64,000 nucleotides of DNA, taken from positions 1 to 64,000 of the forward strand of contig CAWAPJ010000006.1 of NCBI GenBank assembly GCA_963783885.1. Reading direction: 5' to 3'. Positions within the stretch are counted from its first letter, which is position 1. Each line of letters begins with the position of its first letter. Source of the stretch: Waddliaceae bacterium. GTDB lineage: Bacteria > Chlamydiota > Chlamydiia > Chlamydiales > SLFE01. Made by a program: the position numbers and the translations under genes. The notes below the pieces were generated by a model. That model worked only from the letters and a program-made list of their open reading frames with translations. It ran no database searches and was not told where the DNA came from. Below are positions 60,571-64,000 of this stretch, piece by piece.

Positions 60571-61439
60571 CGACTTTTTCCACGAAAATCGATCTGGCCC
60601 TTGCGGACAAGCTCCTTAAAGACTTAAAAGAGCAGGGTTTCGAAATCTCAAAGCCTCAGTACACCCTATTCAGCGGGAAAAAACCCGGCGTTGTCTGCAC
60701 CCTCTATCAATCGGGAAAGCTGACAGTTCAAGGGAAGAATAAAGACGAATTTATCGAATTTTATCTAGAGCCTTATATCATTCAGGATTTTTCCCTGCCG
60801 GACGAAACGCCGAGAATCGGAAGCGACGAGGCGGGAAAAGGGGATTTTTTCGGGCCGCTTTGCATCGCTGCTGTTTATGCCGATGAAAAGCAAATCCGCA
60901 AGCTTAAGGATATTGGCGTCCGCGACTCAAAAAAAATGACCGATCCGGCTATTATCAAAATGGCAAGAGAGATCGAAAAACATTTCGCCCACCACATCGT
61001 GGTGATCAACCCGGCCAAGTACAACGAGCTTTACAGAAGTTTTGCCAACCTCAACAATCTGCTTGCTTGGGGACACGCGACCGCAATCGTCAATCTTGTC
61101 GACAAGACGGGTTGCGAAAGGGTGATTGTCGATCAATTTGCCGCCGAGTTTGTAATGCAGAGGGCGGTTGAAAAAAAACACCCCAAAATCGAGCTCATTC
61201 AGCGGCATAGGGGCGAAGAGGATCTGGTGGTCGCCGCCGGGGCCATTTTAGCGAGAAAAACCTTTGTCACCGGAATTGAAAAGCTTGGCAGCCACTATAA
61301 AACGGTCTTTCCGAAAGGGGGCGGCAGCAGGACGATACAAGCCGGCAAGGATTTTGTCAAAACCTACGGTCCTGAAGAGCTTGAAAAAGTTTGCAAGTTG
61401 CATTTTAAAAATCGGGATGCCATCTTAAATTCAAGATGA
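60567..61439 (+). CDS. rnhC: Ribonuclease HIII
   Basis: TBP-like N-domain (LYQSGKLTVQG), IGSDEAGKGDFFGP, DSKK, KLHF. Confidence 0.93.
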   Translation: MTTFSTKIDLALADKLLKDLKEQGFEISKPQYTLFSGKKPGVVCTLYQSGKLTVQGKNKDEFIEFYLEPYIIQDFSLPDETPRIGSDEAGKGDFFGPLCIAAVYADEKQIRKLKDIGVRDSKKMTDPAIIKMAREIEKHFAHHIVVINPAKYNELYRSFANLNNLLAWGHATAIVNLVDKTGCERVIVDQFAAEFVMQRAVEKKHPKIELIQRHRGEEDLVVAAGAILARKTFVTGIEKLGSHYKTVFPKGGGSRTIQAGKDFVKTYGPEELEKVCKLHFKNRDAILNSR

Positions 61440-61870
61440 GAATTGGGATATTCATACTAATGGGCGTTGTCTTTTTCCTGGGCGTTATGCTCTTGTCGAC
61501 AAACCTGCTCCAAGTAATTTTGGTTGAAGAACCCGATCAATTGATCGACCCGGACGATGTGAGCGGATCGGCCGTCCTTTATAGAGGCGTTCCTTATACT
61601 CTGGGCTTTGGCCAGCAAAACCTGATTGTCGCGATGTTAAACGGCATGCAGGAGATCGATAAGCCCGATGGATTTGACAAAAGCGGCAAACTGCCCTTTG
61701 ACGAGCTGATTCTTTATCGCTTCGACACTCCGGATGACCATATTGCCGGCAAAGAGATGGAGGAGGGAAGAATCATTCTTTCATTCAAGACCGATTCCCA
61801 CACTCGATACCTCTCCGATACGAGCAAGGGGCATTTTCTAAAGGTTTTGAAACAAGCGTACCGACCGTGA
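61436..61870 (+). CDS. Hypothetical membrane-anchored protein
   Basis: N-terminal TM segment; translationally coupled to rnhC and recN. Confidence 0.65.
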   Translation: MRIGIFILMGVVFFLGVMLLSTNLLQVILVEEPDQLIDPDDVSGSAVLYRGVPYTLGFGQQNLIVAMLNGMQEIDKPDGFDKSGKLPFDELILYRFDTPDDHIAGKEMEEGRIILSFKTDSHTRYLSDTSKGHFLKVLKQAYRP

Positions 61871-63489
61871 TTAAAGTTCTGCGAATATTCGATCTCATTT
61901 TGGTGGAAAATGCCGACATCTCCTTTAAGGGGGGATTCAACGTCCTTTCCGGAGAGACTGGGGCGGGAAAATCGGCCATTATGGCCGCCATATCGCTGGC
62001 TCTCGGCTTTCGCGCCGATTCAGGCTATTTGAGAAAGGGAAAAGAGAAGGGCGCGGTGGAAGCTGTCTTCGACTGCCCGGAAGACCCGTCGTTTTTCGAG
62101 CTGATGAAGCAAAGCGGCATCGCCTTTGAACCCCGAGAAGAACTCATTGTTCGAAGAGAAATCGCCTCTTCAGGAAAATCCAGAGCTTATGTCAATAATC
62201 AGCTGGCGACCGCATCGCTTCTCAAAAAGATAGGGATTTGCCTCGTCAAGTTTGTCGGCCAGCATGCCGGTCAAGAATTGCAGTCTGTGGAATTTCATCG
62301 CGACGCCTTAGACCGCTTCGGCAATTGCTCGGCGGTTAAGTTTGCCTCTTCTTATCAACAGCTTGGTCTTTTAAAACAAAAACTCAAGAGGCTGACTGAA
62401 TCTGAAGCCGAGAGGATGAGAGAGCTTGAAACCCTCCGAAGGCAGCTGGAGGAGATCGATGAAATTGATCCTAAGCCATCCGAAGACGAGGAGCTGTTTC
62501 AAGAATATCAATTGTTGACAAACAGCGAAGAATTCGAGGGAAAATGCCGGGAAATTATCCGGGCCCTTGATGGCGAGCAAGCGGTTATCGAAAGTTTGAA
62601 CCGTCTAAAAAAACCATTTGAGCAGCTGCTTGAAATCGATCCGTCAATGGAAGAGACCTACAGATTATTTGAACAGTCAATCGTTGAGCTTCAAGAAATT
62701 TCCAGCGAACTCACCCGTGCTGAAGGACATTTAGAATACAATCCAGACCGGCTGGCAAAAGTTAGTGAAAGACTGGCGGCGATTCATCAGCTCAAAAAGA
62801 AATACGGACCCTCTCTCGAAGATATACATAGCTATAAAAAACAACTGGAACAGAAGCTTGAAGAATTGGATACAGCCGATTGGCAAATCCAAAATCTCGA
62901 AAAAGAGGTTATTAAACAGGAAACGGAATGTTCCCGTCTCGCTTCCGAGCTGACCAGCCAAAGGAAAGAAGCCGCAAAATCCATGGAAAAATCTCTCCAG
63001 CAGCACTTAAGGTCGCTGAATATGCCCAAAGTGGAGTTTCGGATAGGGATCACAAAACAGCAGCGAACACAGTTCGGGGATGACCGCGTTGAATTTTTCT
63101 TTCGCCCCAATGTCGGCGAGAAAGAGATTCCCGTCACCGACTCCGCAAGCGGCGGGGAACTCTCGCGCATTATGCTCTCTCTTCAGGTGCTGCTTGCGGG
63201 AAAAGACCGCGCGGCTGCCATCATCTTTGACGAAATCGACGCTAATATTGGAGGCCGAACAGCTAAAGCTGTCGGAGAAAAGCTCAAAGAAATCGGCAAA
63301 TCCCACCAAGTCATCTGCATCACCCATTTCCCTCAGGTGGCCGAATATGCGACCCATCACTTGCAAATTTCCAAAGAAGAGATCGAAGGAAGAACTCTGA
63401 CAATTGTCCAGAGCTTAGACTGCCGCTCTCGAGTCGCTGAGCTTGAGAGGATGAGAGGCGGTTCACTTCATCAAGCGCAGACTGTTTAG
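61867..63489 (+). CDS. recN: DNA repair protein RecN
   Basis: SGETGAGKS, GQH, ASGGELSRIML, FDEIDANIGG, ITHFPQVA. Confidence 0.96.
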   Translation: MIKVLRIFDLILVENADISFKGGFNVLSGETGAGKSAIMAAISLALGFRADSGYLRKGKEKGAVEAVFDCPEDPSFFELMKQSGIAFEPREELIVRREIASSGKSRAYVNNQLATASLLKKIGICLVKFVGQHAGQELQSVEFHRDALDRFGNCSAVKFASSYQQLGLLKQKLKRLTESEAERMRELETLRRQLEEIDEIDPKPSEDEELFQEYQLLTNSEEFEGKCREIIRALDGEQAVIESLNRLKKPFEQLLEIDPSMEETYRLFEQSIVELQEISSELTRAEGHLEYNPDRLAKVSERLAAIHQLKKKYGPSLEDIHSYKKQLEQKLEELDTADWQIQNLEKEVIKQETECSRLASELTSQRKEAAKSMEKSLQQHLRSLNMPKVEFRIGITKQQRTQFGDDRVEFFFRPNVGEKEIPVTDSASGGELSRIMLSLQVLLAGKDRAAAIIFDEIDANIGGRTAKAVGEKLKEIGKSHQVICITHFPQVAEYATHHLQISKEEIEGRTLTIVQSLDCRSRVAELERMRGGSLHQAQTV

Positions 63490-64000
63490 AACAACGAGAA
63501 TCGTCACGCCGACATCGGCGAAGATGGCCAAGGCCAGCTGACTGAGGCCGGCAAGAGCCAGAACCACAAAGACGCATTTAACCAGAACCGCCCAAAAGGT
63601 ATTGAAGTGGATAATGGATGTGGTGCGCCGTCCCAGCTGGATAATTTTCGGGATGAGGCCGATACGGTCGTTCAAAAGGACAATCGAAGCTGATTCAATC
63701 GCGGTGTCACTTCCCAAAGAACTCATCGTGATGCCGACGCTGGCAAGGGCTAGGGCAGGCGCGTCGTTGACGCCGTCGCCGACCATACCTACAACTTGAT
63801 ATTTATTCAAAAGATTTTTGATTTCCGCGGCCTTATCCTGAGGCAGAAGCTCGGCGCGAATTTCATTTATGCCCAATGAGCTTCCGACAGTTTGCGCAGA
63901 CAGGTTCTGGTCGCCTGTCAGCAGGGCCGATTTGACATTCATGTTTTGCAGATCTTGTATTAACTGTGCCGATTCCTCCCGAATTTCGTCTGCCAGGGCA
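63463..64000 (-). CDS. Heavy-metal P1B-type ATPase (ZntA/CadA-like), 3' part only
   Basis: LTGD, AELLPQDK, GDGVNDAPALA, FADVG..VVLNSLRL; continues beyond the window. Confidence 0.9.
   Translation of the reverse strand, partial: ALADEIREESAQLIQDLQNMNVKSALLTGDQNLSAQTVGSSLGINEIRAELLPQDKAAEIKNLLNKYQVVGMVGDGVNDAPALALASVGITMSSLGSDTAIESASIVLLNDRIGLIPKIIQLGRRTTSIIHFNTFWAVLVKCVFVVLALAGLSQLALAIFADVGVTILVVLNSLRLMK

Noticed and set aside
1-64000. CRISPR array, tRNA or rRNA genes
   Set aside because: No regularly spaced repeat-spacer series, cloverleaf or rRNA signature was seen by eye

Overview
This 64-kb window is from an environmental chlamydia (phylum Chlamydiota, Waddlia/Parachlamydia-like; the species cannot be fixed from sequence alone). 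The call rests on an omcA-omcA-omcB locus, RNase HIII, a chlamydial PLD, Inc-like proteins and housekeeping blocks (recF-dnaN/smpB, folD-apbE, maf-HEAT-lptD-like, xseAB-dxs-nadK, tpiA-secG, kbl-tdh, tsaD-rnhC-recN). Orphan genes that look like host-directed effectors sit between these blocks: a USP-type deubiquitinase, an AvrB/AvrC-like Fido protein, Inc-like proteins and a 1045-aa orphan. Several share a phased TTAA-N7-TTAA upstream motif. The main mobile feature is a decayed IS903-like element (39949-42508) with 58-bp inverted repeats containing a 9-bp-periodic motif. It carries a divergent GxxExxY nuclease-family passenger gene and is itself interrupted by an IS982. A second IS982 splits a sulfotransferase gene, and a mini-IS982 hosts a 165-bp hairpin MITE. 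Long irregular palindromes with GAA/GA internal loops recur across the window. No rRNA, tRNA or CRISPR array was seen. All calls are from motif recognition by eye; no database searches were run.
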